Shown here in pieces: positions 25,340-38,601 of a stretch of 64,000 bases of DNA. A program made the position numbers and the translations under genes. Numbering within the stretch: the first letter of the stretch is position 1; each line of letters starts with the position of its first letter. The notes beneath the pieces are model-generated. The model was given only the letters and a program-made list of their open reading frames with translations. It ran no database searches and was not told where the DNA came from. The stretch comes from Tubulanus polymorphus (Eukaryota > Animalia > Nemertea), in assembly GCF_964204645.1 (NCBI RefSeq), contig NC_134025.1, forward strand, positions 29,988,299 through 30,052,298, read 5' to 3'.

Positions 25340-27489
25340 CTAGTTAGTTTTCGGAGCAGTAACGTCATCAGGCCACCAGAATGGAACTGTAGCTCGTATT
25401 TTCACTGTTGCTCCATCTTTTTTCTCAATGGCTAAATTTTTGTTCACATCCGAAAGTCTAATCAAACCAATCGCCGAATTCTGAAGTCCATTTCGATATT
25501 TTCCGGCACCTTTTCCATTTTCAATTTTGATCGAATCGTCGAACTCTAAACCGTCTGAGTTTCCGTCCCTGAATAGAATATAGTGCAATGAGCAGTGATT
25601 GTATCAAACCAATATAAACGTGTAGAAGACGAATAGTGTAGGTTTATCAGAAATACAAGATTTTGCTACTAGTGTATAACAGGTAGAGTGTCAATAACTA
25701 GAGAATACAGAGTAAGCGCAGTAATCAATCACTAATCGTTAATTTGTAATTACCATCCTCACTACTAACACTTATTCTGCTCACTCTTTATTCTTTAAAT
25801 CATTGCCACTCTACCTACAAATACTGTGTCCTTTCCCTATTGACTTTACTCATCTACCCGAAGAGGCTACTCTATGCACTAGAAGCGAAGGTTTGTAGTT
25901 CAAATAAAATCAAGTTAACCTACATATTACTATCTGTTTTCACCTTCCAACAATTTACAATAAAGTTTAAGAGTTGTAAGAAATAGAAATGTGAAACTTA
26001 CAGAAATAAAGGCATAATTCGTTTACGTGTGACACCCGTATGATGGGTTCGTGCAGTCAACTCTTGTCCGATGTAACAACCTTTATTGAAATTGACTGCA
26101 AAGAAAAATGTGAACAAATTCTGGAGAGTATGAGCATTAGTATGAGCATTAGTATGAAGGGGTTTAAAATGGAAATCAAATTGTATACCTCCATTAAGAA
26201 ATACAAGGTTACTTTCCAGAGGCAATGATTTTCCGGGATGAAAATCACTCACACCTTCAGCTATTCCTAATTGATATCTATGAATTCTATAGAGATCTTC
26301 ATTTTCTTCTATTTTCGTGTCTTTCACAACTTGCGAAACTGAAAAATTCAAATGGTTCAAATAAAACAGACTTTACTCGTATTAATCATTAATAGATTTG
26401 ATCGTGTTCATATAATCCATGATTTAATGGATAACTATCGAGGATTCCACTTATGGCAGACGAGGATCTGCCTGGTTCACTAGTAGTTACTCGGTCTTTT
26501 GGGTACAATTTCTTCAACATTTCCGTTAAAAAAGGATGAACTTTTGTCTTAGATAAATCGATAATCAATGAAATTTGTCATCAAGTAGAAAATGAATGCA
26601 ATATATATATATGAACAACATATCGACAATGTAAGACAGAATGCTCCTTATTTTGCCAAATCCGTTACTACCGGTTACCAGTACTTACTATGAGTATTTT
26701 CAGGAAGTAAACACCGAAAACCGATTGATTTCAAACGGGGATCAGCAGATATCACAGTGGCTTTACTCTCATCGACAATATCGAGATCTTTGAGATTCTC
26801 GCTCGATTCCGGTATTTTGTTCGGAAATATCGTCCATACTTTTAAACTATCACTCACGTCGCTAATATCAACCTGAATTTAAAACTAAGCGATAAGAAAA
26901 GAAAGTCGAATAGCCGAACTTTATGTTTTTCAGCGTATCACTTGAGTTTCACCTTTTTTCTAATCTTGTATCTCTTCAAAGTTGCGATAACCTCAGTTAC
27001 AGCGGATGAATCGCATTCGATCAGAATATCGTTCACATCAGTAGAGTTCTGTTCACTGATATTATACATCAAAAAATCATACAATATGCGACCCTAAAAA
27101 CAAAAACAAACATCTCATGATCATTTATCCAATTCACAATTTCATTTCATATATAGAAGCATATCCAGATGATATTGGATAATAGTACAGTCAAAATGTT
27201 GTTTTCTATCTACCTGTACATTGAGCATCATTGTATATAGAGAATGACACTGATGTTGAGTGAAACATTTTAAATCATTAGTGATTAAACCCTGTAGAAA
27301 CGATTCAGTATCGTTTCCAGTCAGTTTAATGAGTCCTCGTGATTTCAACTGAGATGAATTCATTATCTTCCCAGAATCAGCAGCAGCAGCAGCAGCAGTA
27401 CTGCTGAACTTTATCCCATTACTGCTACTATTACATCTGATGTTTATTCGTCTCAGACATACTCTCAGGTGACTTGAGAACATTTTCAT
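25340..27489 (-). CDS. IBA57: Mitochondrial Fe-S assembly factor IBA57 (CAF17/YgfZ family), 6 coding exons
   Basis: [57 protein letters not shown]-terminal PFWWP; N-terminal mitochondrial presequence-like segment. Confidence 0.95.
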
Positions 27490-29428
27490 TTACTAAAAAG
27501 AGAAGTGTAATCTTCAGTCAAATCCAATGAAATACATTTTAATTAAATTGGTTTTACTTAAAATTCGAATTCTTGGCTTCAAAATGTGTAAATTTCCATT
27601 TAGATTATGATACTAGTTAAATGTTAAATATGCAATCAAAATTCGAAGTTGAACTTCCAGATATTTTCTATAAAACCCTTAAAACACAGATTCTTACATA
27701 CCAAAAAGAGAATATCGACGAAATCAATGGCTCCACAATATAACGAATTTGTTTTGATGTAGCGGTAATAAATGAATAGTACCTGATGTATGGAGGGGTT
27801 TACAATATCTGATGTATTTTACTACCCTCGCCGGCGACGACGCCACCGACCCGACCGCAAAAAACACGCTTCACGGAAATAGCTAATGGGTACTAAATTA
27901 TCAGATTTGAAAGGGACTTTCTGCGGGAAAATTCCGAAAAATTATATGTTCCTTTCTGAAGGAGCGTTTCCAGTTGATTGCTGTCCGGCCGCAGGCTCTA
28001 GCGCAGGTGCACGATTAATACATACTCTTAGTTGTCCTGGGATTTATTCTGAAATTTTGATTTTAATATGTTTTGATTTTAATATGTAATTAAGTTGAAA
28101 GAATGATATACTTCGACTCTAAGTCCCCGATGTGGCTTTTCCACTCGCCGGCAACGGCGAGACACTGACGAAAATAAGTGATTGAAGAATAATTATCAAT
28201 GAGAAAAAACCGCAGACTATATTTGAAACTTTCCGATGTAGTAATAAAGGGTTCCTGTAATTTTCGTATACCGCAATTCTTTCTACAGTTGATTGAAAAA
28301 GGTCTGATCTATTCACCGTAGAATTCGCTAAGAATAGCCCGGGCGTCATGGCTTCACACGTTTTTTTTTCGCACATCCCTACTTTTTACTCGTACAGAAT
28401 ACAACAGAATATTAGAAAATGTATTCGGCCGATTAATGTGTGTAACTTAAAAAGAATGTTTTGTTGTCACCTCAGATAGCATGTTCTGTAAGACGAAATG
28501 TTTGTTATTCAGTTTTTACTTCAATTTTACATCGGTTCATCGTATTCTAATCATTACTAAATCGTTGTTATATATCTTGTGTTGCAGCAAAAATAAATAG
28601 TAAATATTTAGGGCTGGCGTCATCAAACCTTAAAGATATTAAAATCGATCAATCGATAGTGAATTCATCTATGGAATCTGTAAGGTGCGTCTCTGGCGAT
28701 GTTTGGGTGTGGCTTCAATCGGTTATTGACGTAAATACCGATTATTTCAGTATTCGCTTTGTATAATTTGATCTTTTCCAATTCTAAATAAAACATATTT
28801 CCTGATACGCGAATTACGCAGATACAGCGACAAGCAGCAAGACTTAAGATGACATTTACTTAAGAGTTATTCTGGCGGTATCCATGATGGAGGCTATTTT
28901 TGTGAAATTGTCAGAGAAAAGTTGATAATGAGTTAGTAGATATTCAGATACGAATTTTGCTTATCCAAACAGATCAAATATTGTACTAATCGTGTACGTA
29001 TATGGTATAGTGGTAATTGTGACCTTGGATTTTCAAACGATTAGAGTTCATGGTTTGACTTAAGGTAGAAACTGCCGCCGTCGAAGACATCAATATTCAA
29101 AATAGAAAGTCTATTCGCTGCGCGGCAACAGTAGCACTATCCATCTAAGCTTAAAGGTTACAGGTGATCCGCCTTCAACTAACCGCGTAATGATCGAATG
29201 ATGTTCTTAAATTTCATATTCTATTCCCGCGCAAGGAATGAAAATAAAACTTCGAATAACCGATGCGTCAAAAACAACCCGAGATGAGACCGAAATGAAT
29301 ATCGATAACCCAAACATCTGTCTTTGAGTATCTAATTAACATATTATCGATTTATTTACATGAATTTACATATTAATTTACAAATTAATTACATGCATAA
29401 AACGATCATAAATTTTTGAAACGAATGT

Positions 29429-30781
29429 TTAACAATCAGTATCAGTCATTTTTGGCGGCGTCGCGGTGTTGAGAACTTGAACCGGGTGTGAACGAGTACG
29501 ACGAAAAACATTTTTCGAAAGTTGAGATGAAATCATGGCGGCCGTAGCGATTCGACTTGTACCGTCTGTGTTCGCTCGACCAAACCGTAATTTCTGATCG
29601 GTTTTTGACGCTGGGATGTTCGTTACTTGAGTCGTCGTACCACCGGGTACGATAAGACTAGTCCTCGATTTTTGCTTCGACATAAGAGATTCGGGATAGT
29701 TGACCAAAGTGGATCGGGAGGTCTGTTTATTCAAACTCGGTCCCTCAATTCCGAAAGGAGTTATCGAACTTAAATACGTACTACGCGTGTATCCCTCTGT
29801 TGACGACGGCGCGATACGATTTGAATATCTCTTCAACGCGCATCGGCAAAACGTTTCCAAGAATTTCTGTTTGAATTTTTTGTTCGATAGAAATATGATC
29901 GGATTCGTCAAAGTGCTCGCCATAGATATCCAAGTAACGGTGGCGATTATAACGTTTTTTAATAACCCCGGGTGAAATGCGTCTACGATACTTATTGTAA
30001 TATAAGGTATATAGAGTACAGCACTGACAAATATCACAAGAAACAAAGTTCGCATGGCTTTCATAGTCGTTCGTCTGTAGTTCACCTTAGCGGGTTGTCG
30101 ATGTAAGATTGCCGCCATAACGGGTAAAGCCGGTTGAAATAAGTTCATGATTCTGCGACTGGCATAAGCGGAATGAACGATCAGAAATAGTAAAACTGCG
30201 ATAGTTAAAGACGGTAAAACGTAACAAATAACACCGTACGAAATCAAAAACTCCAAACTTGTCGGCCACAGTAAGACGCAAGACGCTTTCGCTTTTACGT
30301 AACCGTAACTACCGAATCGGAAAATCGGTAAAATCGAAATGACGAGTCCTTGTAGCCAAACGTAAATGATCATCCCGCCAGCGGATAATGGAGTCAGCCA
30401 TATTGAGTATTTCAGGGGGCGGGATACAGCTACACATCTATCCACGCAAACCATCATTATATTCAAAACAGTCGTTACGTTAGAAAGCGTATTCAAAAAT
30501 CCGGTTATCTGACAAAATTCGTACGAATATATCCAATCACCGGCCAGTTTAGCCGCCGTACAAAACGGCATAATAAATAATCCAGTAATGAGATCGCTGA
30601 TCGCTAACGATATTATGAAACAATTGGTCACTGTGTGAAGAACGTTATTCGTTATGATCGTAATTAGGAGAGCCATGTTTCCTAAAATAGTCAAAGTGGT
30701 TGTTAACGACATGATAGCCGTCAAAGCGATAATCACCATGGAAGACAAACTATCGTCCGTATAGTTCAATGTGCTATTCAT
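29429..30781 (-). CDS. Intronless class A GPCR, GPR161/GPR101-like or amine-receptor-like orphan
   Basis: 450-aa ORF with seven hydrophobic segments; GN, SLAISD, DRC, P.KY, W, NPIIF motifs. Confidence 0.92.
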   Translation of the reverse strand: MNSTLNYTDDSLSSMVIIALTAIMSLTTTLTILGNMALLITIITNNVLHTVTNCFIISLAISDLITGLFIMPFCTAAKLAGDWIYSYEFCQITGFLNTLSNVTTVLNIMMVCVDRCVAVSRPLKYSIWLTPLSAGGMIIYVWLQGLVISILPIFRFGSYGYVKAKASCVLLWPTSLEFLISYGVICYVLPSLTIAVLLFLIVHSAYASRRIMNLFQPALPVMAAILHRQPAKVNYRRTTMKAMRTLFLVIFVSAVLYIPYITISIVDAFHPGLLKNVIIATVTWISMASTLTNPIIFLSNKKFKQKFLETFCRCALKRYSNRIAPSSTEGYTRSTYLSSITPFGIEGPSLNKQTSRSTLVNYPESLMSKQKSRTSLIVPGGTTTQVTNIPASKTDQKLRFGRANTDGTSRIATAAMISSQLSKNVFRRTRSHPVQVLNTATPPKMTDTDC

Positions 30782-33233
30782 TCTTGCTACTCTTATGATC
30801 TTAACGAAAAATCACTATTCAAAATCTCCGACTTTTGATGAATGCTAATTATAGTGTCTGCTTGCTGGAAACATCCTCGTGCTGAGACGACGTGAACGTG
30901 CATTGATGGCTGCACTCAGCGGAGTGACGATAAATCAATCTGGTAATACCTATCAAGATTTATTTTTACTAAAAGCCCTTGGGCACATAAATAGTTATAA
31001 ATAGTCATCAGTATTATAGAAGAATATCGCATTAAGAGAATGCGAAGGGGGATATTAAGAGTTAACTGACTGCAACCGTATTTCATTGAAATATGCTTAA
31101 AATCAAAATGAAATAATTTTGCACAGTGACCAACAGACACAGCTGTGGTTTACAACATCTACAACTTTTTAATTGTTCGTTATTCTGTATGATAAAAACA
31201 AAATTGAGTCGAATAACAACAAGCGCGCGACTTTTTATCATTTTAGAAGATTTTTCATATGGAGAATCATTCGTCACAACAATTCGACATGTTTAGATAT
31301 TTTTTTTGGTGAATTATTACTCGACAGAGAATTTGGGATTTTGACCTATGTTTCTAAAAAAGGAATGCTCCGCCCCGGGCATTCACTTGAATCAAAATAC
31401 CGAAGCAAAAAATATATCAACATACAAAAATTTACGTTTTGATGACATGAAAATCAATACATAGCCGTATGAATATCTAAAATGGAATCATCAAAAATGA
31501 ATGTTTTATCTACTAAACAACAATAATGTAGTTTTTACGCAAATTGACACGATTGTTTACCTCTGGACGGCATCGTTTCAATGAAGATACATTCCTCGTA
31601 ACTGCGACCAGAGGAGGTGGTAAGTAGAGATGAGAGATCAGCTGCTGCTGCTGCTGTGACACATAACGAAGACACCGGTTGCTGAGCAACGCATTTTGAT
31701 GTTGATCAAAACTTCGTATCAAGTCTTCGTATCACCTAACTTCCTTTTTAAAAAAATGAAGACACGAAATTCCGTTTAGATTGAAAATGTATTTATTTTT
31801 TCTTTTTATATACAACAACAAAATACCGAATAATACATAATAATAATAATAATAATCAATCGGCAAATAAACAAATCCAACATCACTGAGCATTGACAGG
31901 GGTCAGTTCACAAAACAGATAACCACGATTAATTGAGTCATTGAAAACGAGAAATCTTAATTCATTTTGTGTGAAACTGAACCTGGCGGAAGAAAGAATA
32001 TTCTAGTATCATTATACAGTCCTCAACCATTAGTCAAAATAAAATATTGCTAATTCAAGTAACTATGATAGATTTAATATGAATACCTGATTACTCAAGC
32101 GTAGGAAAAAGCACTCAAACGGGCATTTCTCACTTAAAAAAACTTTTTCATCCGTTTCATACTTACACGATAGACTCAGTAAAAACCAAGGATCCATTTC
32201 CACTCAAGTTTCAAGTTAAAATATAAATGTAGAGCTTCACAGTTTTGGAACTGGATCCTGTCAGAGAAAAACATTGTGAATTTGTATCTCTTTGAGTAAA
32301 AAAGCTGCTCAATAGTTTGAATCAGAATCAGGGATGAGTCAGAAAAAGTACTGTTTCCTTGAACTCCAGTTTACCATACATATTCAATATCTTATAAAAG
32401 ATGGCAAAATAGATTTATGGAATTCTAATGACACCAGCTGGTATTACCATAATAAAAAGATCTCTAATATCAAACTAGTTAGTTTGGTTTAAAGCGGCTA
32501 AATGAGTTATAATAACAGGGCTTAAATCTAAGTCTCTTCAGAGGTAGACTTTACAAGACTACAATATTTCATACATTCAGATCCAGTTACAGTTTAATAG
32601 TCGAGATTGAGAAATAATAACATATAAGAATATAGTAATAGAAATGAACGTTAATTTTTTGAACAATGATTTTCGTTTTGTATTATCTCCTATTCTAATG
32701 TCGCTAATGGCAATAAGAAGCAGTATTGTGTTAATGGTCCACAAAATACTTATACTATATATTTACATATATAGAAATATCACATAAAATTGCCCCCAGT
32801 GTAAACCGTTCCTTCTCACTCAATATATACAACCTAAAATGATAAAAAGAATAAAGATATTATCGATTACTTTTAAAGAGTTGGGACAGGTGCTAGTTCC
32901 ACAGTTAGATTAAAATCTATCCGACTCAGTGGTCAAAACCTTGAAAATGAACAAACTTTAACTTAGACATGACACTTCACACTGTAAACTGTGAACTGAT
33001 CCCTTCATCCAGATCTTGGTTAAATTTTGAGAAATCAGTTTATTTCCAATGTTTAAACTACATGTGTTGATTTACATTCAAACTCAGATTTTTGAAACTG
33101 TTGTAGTTAGAAGTTAAACCTACAGTTAACTATAGTAATTTAAAATGAACTAAATTTTGCTCAAAATAAGATCTCTTAACTGTGAAACCCATATTTTATT
33201 GTCACATTAAGTATTGCTTACTTTGAGACGTAT

Positions 33234-35260
33234 TTATTCAACTCCGTGCGCGAATATCATCACTAAACCTGGTTCTAAAATCATTTCGTCGGACATGTGC
33301 GTATTCTCACAAGACATCACAATTACCGCTTGTTTTCCTGTCATATGATAAATAACCATAAACATAAGGTCAACTATAGTTTGATGTAGAGCTCAATATT
33401 ACGATTATAAATCATCCAAAACCAAAAAGGCAACGGTCGAAGGAGTGGTAGACCTGAGGAAAGTCAGGGTGACAGACAATGAAATGGCAGATATTGAGTG
33501 GTCGTTCGAGATTAAGAACCTGTCGAAATTATGCACAATTTTTCATAATTTTTTTTTACCTGGAATTCTTTTAGTAACGTAATTTTCATACTGGCGTCTA
33601 TTCAATTGTCGTGTTTCTAACGTACTCAATCCGGGAGGCCACGTACGTTCATGTGCGTTCTCCATTAGTTGACTAACGATGTGCGTCGGGCAATGACTGT
33701 CGATGAGAGCTCGTTTTATAACGGCTTGTAAAACAGTATCCGGTGTAGAGATCATTCCTCCCCATCTCGTAACCCGCGCCGCTTGTAAACTCTCCACCCA
33801 CCTGTAGAAATTAACAATCAGAAATAAGAAGAGCACTTTTCGAGAGTGAGAATAGGGGTCTGTTGCACAAAAATCGGTTAAAGTTTTCCAGTGAATAGAT
33901 ATCATAGTAACAATACAGTTTTAATTGTCACTTAATAAACAATTCACTGGTTAAATCGGGTTAAGTTTGATGCCAGTATTAGGGTAATTCGTTTCTGATG
34001 TTTTTATTCTTGATTCACAAATTATATTAATATAACTGATAACAGTAGTGAGAATGAATGTTTCTTACCCGAGCACATCGTCATTTTCCATTTCTGACTG
34101 TATTTCACGTATTCGAGGATTTGAATAGCGCAGAGTTCGCATGTACTCCTACAGAAACAAATATACACTATGAATTTAGGCCTATTTCTTTGGAGCTTAA
34201 CACGAAACAGGTTTTTAGAATCAAATTCTCCTCTTCATTCATTTACCTTTAAATGTTGTATATCTCTTCTCTGTTCGACTAACTGTAGTTTGTTATCAGC
34301 AACCTCAGCTTGTAGATCGCTGATTTTACATTGCTGTTGTTGGACTAAATTCCGTAATTCACGAACACAATTATGATCCTACGAAAAAAACAATACAATC
34401 AAACACTTCATGTTTTAAAATGAAAACATCAGCAATAGCACCGAATTGCAGCTCAGCACGGACTGGCATACAGTCAGTAACCAGACTGCAGTTTAGTCAA
34501 TAACTCGACTGGGTTAAGTCAGTAACCAGACTCTGGTTTAGTCAGTTACCAGACTGGTTTTAGTTTCATTATCTGATATTTCACGATCAACAAATTTGAT
34601 TCGAGCCTATCTGATTTACTAAAGCTTAACCCCAACAAGACTGAGACCATAGCTCACCTTTAATTCATCCTTAGGTATAACGAGACCACATCCCTGATCA
34701 CAATGCACCGGTTTCTTTGGATTATGATCACATTCCTGTAAATGCGCTTGTAACATGTCCAATTTGACGATCGACGTACACCCGAACTGACAATTATCAC
34801 ACGAGATATTGAGTTTTGAAAGTAAAGTCCGTGTAATTCTCGGGGCTGGTTTTAACTGATTCGATGTTATTGGGTTCCGATCAACTGGACATGTAGGCAT
34901 TCTAGTTAACCACTCACGTATACATCCAGCACAGAACGCATGTTCACACGGAGGCACCTACAAAATATCTCACATAATAAACACCATGTTCTTTTCTAAT
35001 CAGGATTCATGGGGTTCAAACCTGGGACACCCCTGTTTATCATCTAGCTAGTTAAGTTAGTGTTCGGAGACTCAGTTACAATACACTGACACTGGGACTG
35101 GGTTCAGACACCTGGGCTTGGGCACTCTCTGTTAATCCACAACGGCAATGCTGATTTTATAAATACATGCCTGTAAAGGATCCTCCAGTACTCCACTACA
35201 AATAGGACATAGTAATTCTTCTTCTACTTCTCCTTGGAATCGGTTCAATTCGTATCCCAT
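33234..35260 (-). CDS. RNF41: E3 ubiquitin ligase NRDP1, 6 coding exons
   Basis: MGYELNRFQG..CPICSGVLEDP..CEHAFC..CPVDR RING domain; RVTRWGGMISTPD..AHER.WP..LETRQ..EPGLVMIFAHGVE C-terminal USP8-binding domain. Confidence 0.97.
34470..34562. repeat. ~22-23 bp minisatellite (4 units) in RNF41 intron
   Basis: agtcagtaaccagact.. repeated. Confidence 0.75.
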
Positions 35261-35702
35261 AATCAACAGATCTAGCCTCCCTACTGTAAATCGATAAGAC
35301 AGCAAATAAATGAATTGAATTGATTAGTTGTTCGCGTTACGATTTCCAATAAACCGTTAACGAATCCACGATAAAATTCAGTTATTTCAAGTATCACAGT
35401 AATAATATAATATAGTATAATAATCTAAACGGTATCTTACGCGTAAAAACCTTTCAAAGGTGATTTTCTGTGGATTTTTATCTGTCAAAATCTCTGTCAG
35501 TCAACCAATGGTAACTCTAATCGGGTTCGAATCCCGTTGAGAACAGCTCGGAGCTGTGTTCAAGTGGCTGGGGTAGCTCCAGTTCAAGTTCAAGTTCAAG
35601 CTCCAAGAATGTGGCAGCAGTGCCTGTAACAAATTCAAATTCAGGAAACAATTATAGTGTTCCGTAGATTAGCCCAGGTCCGTCATTTAGCCATTTTTCA
35701 AT

Positions 35703-37271
35703 ATGGCAGCTTCCATGTCGTCGTCATCAAGTTTATTTATTTTATTCAAATGTGCCATAATCGCCTCAGTCGTAGCGGATTCTGTCGTGAATTTAAATGA
35801 AAATACGTGGGATGAAATGTTAACCGGAGAATGGATGGTTGAATTGTAAGTTAGATGCCATTTCACGCTTGCATTTGGAAATCGAAAGATGAAGATTGTG
35901 AAATTGAATTAGTCGCTTGCCAGCGGCGGTTTCTATTTATTTCATTTACGGGTAAATTCGCCATGAAATTGATTCGATTTCTTGTTCCAGTTTCGCCCCC
36001 TGGTGTCCAGCATGTAGATCTCTCGCCCCTCACTGGCAGCAGTTTGCTAAAAACGCGAAGACTTTGAACATCAAAATTGCGCATGTCGACATCACTGAAA
36101 ATCCAGGTAAATATTGGCCATTGCTCTCTCATTCTAAATGTGAGATTGAACTTCACTAAAACATTAACGAAGTGTATTGTCAATGGCAATAAGTAAATAA
36201 GAAAATCTCAAATTTCTCTTTATGCCTATATTTTCCAGCTCTTAGTGGACGTTTCTTTGTGACTGCTTTACCCACTATCTATCAGTGAGTAAAAACGCAT
36301 CAGTTCGGATGATGAAATTAACGTTGAATCCGATGATCTAGTTTTCGTATTCCTTATTTTTATAGCGTAAAAGATGGTATTTTTCGAGTATATCGCGGTG
36401 ACAGGAGCGAAATGGCTTTCGTCGATTATGTAAAACAGCAAAAATGGAAGGATGTTGAAGCAATTCCGTGGTATCAGAGTCCTGACGCCTATCAGTAAGT
36501 ATCTACCTTTACTGAAATTCATCTCAGAAGTTACATTATTTCTTGATAGATTTAACTAATTTTGAATCTATTTTCAGTATGTCTCTGGTCAGCTCCTTCT
36601 TCAAGGCATCTGTATTTATCAGGGTAAATTGTGATATCAGAAATCTAGTAGATCTCAGGATCGAGTTCCACACTTGTGTGTTCAGATTTGACTCTAGTAA
36701 AACATATTGTAATAAGATTGAGTCAACTCGGATCGTGAACATACATATAACTCAGAACTGTGTATTTTATTTCTATTTCAGAATATGCACAATTACATCA
36801 CTGAAGATTTTGGAATTCCGGTTTGGGGTTCTTACCTATTTTTTGCAGTACTAACAATAATAGCTGGGCTGTTGTTAGCCTTGGTGAGTTTAATTACTGG
36901 TATTTTCAGTATGAATCGACATTACTTCGAAGATTCATTAAGTGAAACTGATGAATCGTGTTTTTCTGTTGTAGTTATTGGTGTGTTTATGTGATTGTAT
37001 ATTCCCTGTAATAGATGTTAAACCAGCAGCAGCAGCATCTGCCGTAATCAATAGTGCCGATGATAAGGTCAGTACGTAGAAACAAACTTCTTAAGAGTTC
37101 CTATGTACATAATGCTGAAGAATCAGCGAAGAGATTTCATGGTTATTTTAACTTAACGACAATTGTTTCTTTCATTTTTAGGATGAAGATGTAGTTGATG
37201 ATGACAGCGATGATAAACAGACTGAACCTGTCTCTCTTCGGAAGAGGAAAATCAAAGCAACAATCGACTAA
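35703..37271 (+). CDS. TMX1: Thioredoxin-related transmembrane protein 1-like
   Basis: Signal peptide, GEWMVEFFAPWCPAC, LSGRFFVTALPTIYH.KDG.FR, one TM segment, acidic tail with RKRK. Confidence 0.92.
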
Positions 37272-37937
37272 GAAACAGTTGAATCGTGGAAATTCTTGAT
37301 AATTTCAATGTTGATTTTGTACAGGATTCAGTTTGACAGTTGTCATCAAAGTTTGACTCAAGAGTTTGAAAATCAGTTCATTTTTGCTGTTTAAAAAAAC
37401 TATTGAGTCAAATTTTAACTGTGGAACTGGGAACAGATTTATAAATCATATCTTGTGGTGTTTGCTTTGCTTCTACATTCGTTGTAGTAAAATCCTTAAA
37501 ACTATTTCATATTGATGGAGATTATATTGAAAAAAAAACAACATTTCTAAATGATAAAGGTGGTGGATTCTGGTGGTTATTTTAGATAATATTAAACCAC
37601 GACAATTTTAGATTATTCCATTATTTTTGAATTATTATTATCAAAACTGAAAATATTCATTTGTCACATTTTAATTTCATAAAAAGTGGTTTTAAAATTT
37701 GTATTCGGTTGTGAAAGTTCTGCACAATTTTTACCAATACACGTTCGCAACAAGATGATGAGAATGTTCATTATATCATTATTAGTACATGTATTAACCT
37801 GAATGAGCATTTCATTGTCAAATAAACTCGAAACTTAGATTTTTATGAATGGTACTTAGAGGTGAGTTTGGTAATTCATGATTTAGTTGATCATCAGAGT
37901 TTGTGGCCCACGTTCTAAAATGAATTTAATACTATTT

Positions 37938-38076
37938 GGGGCCGTTCTTAAAGTACATGCGCTAAGATGCCGGGTATTAATCCCGCCCATATTCACAATA
38001 AGCGTTATTTACAAGGGAAGAGTGGTCAATTGAAGACCCCGTTCCCCGGGTGGGTGCGTAAGTACTTTATGAATGG
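37938..38076. mobile_element. PIF/Harbinger-like MITE
   Basis: ggggccgttcttaaagtac...gtactttatgaatgg inverted ends. Confidence 0.55.
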
Positions 38077-38601
38077 TGAGTTTGATTCGAAGTGTTTGAG
38101 CTGTGAGAATGATGTATATATTTCTATGCATTTTTAAAAATTGACGAAAATTCAAGATTATTTTAATAAAAAACGTTATTATACATTTAAAAAACCATCT
38201 GTTCTCTTCATTGTTTTAAAACTGTTCAGTCATGAAGTATAGCTGCCACTAGATGGAAAACTAGTCAAACCTGGCTGCGTTACTTTATCAGCTTTAGGGA
38301 AAACGAAGACGTTACCGAAACGTACCCTCCAGACTATAGGTTACAATTTACTCTTCAATGTTCAAAACGATTTTTTTTGCAGCTCAACTACTTCATAACA
38401 GTTATTTATTTCGGGGGGCTTTCTTCATTGGAAATGTATTCGATTTGACTTTGCAATACGTATAGGCCTTGGTAAGACCTTGGTAACAAACAATAATTCT
38501 GCCGGTAGAATACGTAATTGACTGAAATGATCTGCAACGAAACACAGTTTTGCGGTCGTTTGATGTTTGTTTGTTTCTGGAATCAGGCGGCGGCGCTGCT
38601 G

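Noticed and set aside
33420-33530. GC-richer block in an RNF41 intron with GAGGAAAGTC (RNase P-like) or a poison exon
   Set aside because: No CR-V partner and only weak splice signals.
34470-34562. CRISPR-like array
   Set aside because: No unique spacers, eukaryotic intron, no cas genes.
38294-38330. Additional hammerhead (CGAAACGTA)
   Set aside because: CUGA core absent and no credible stem II.
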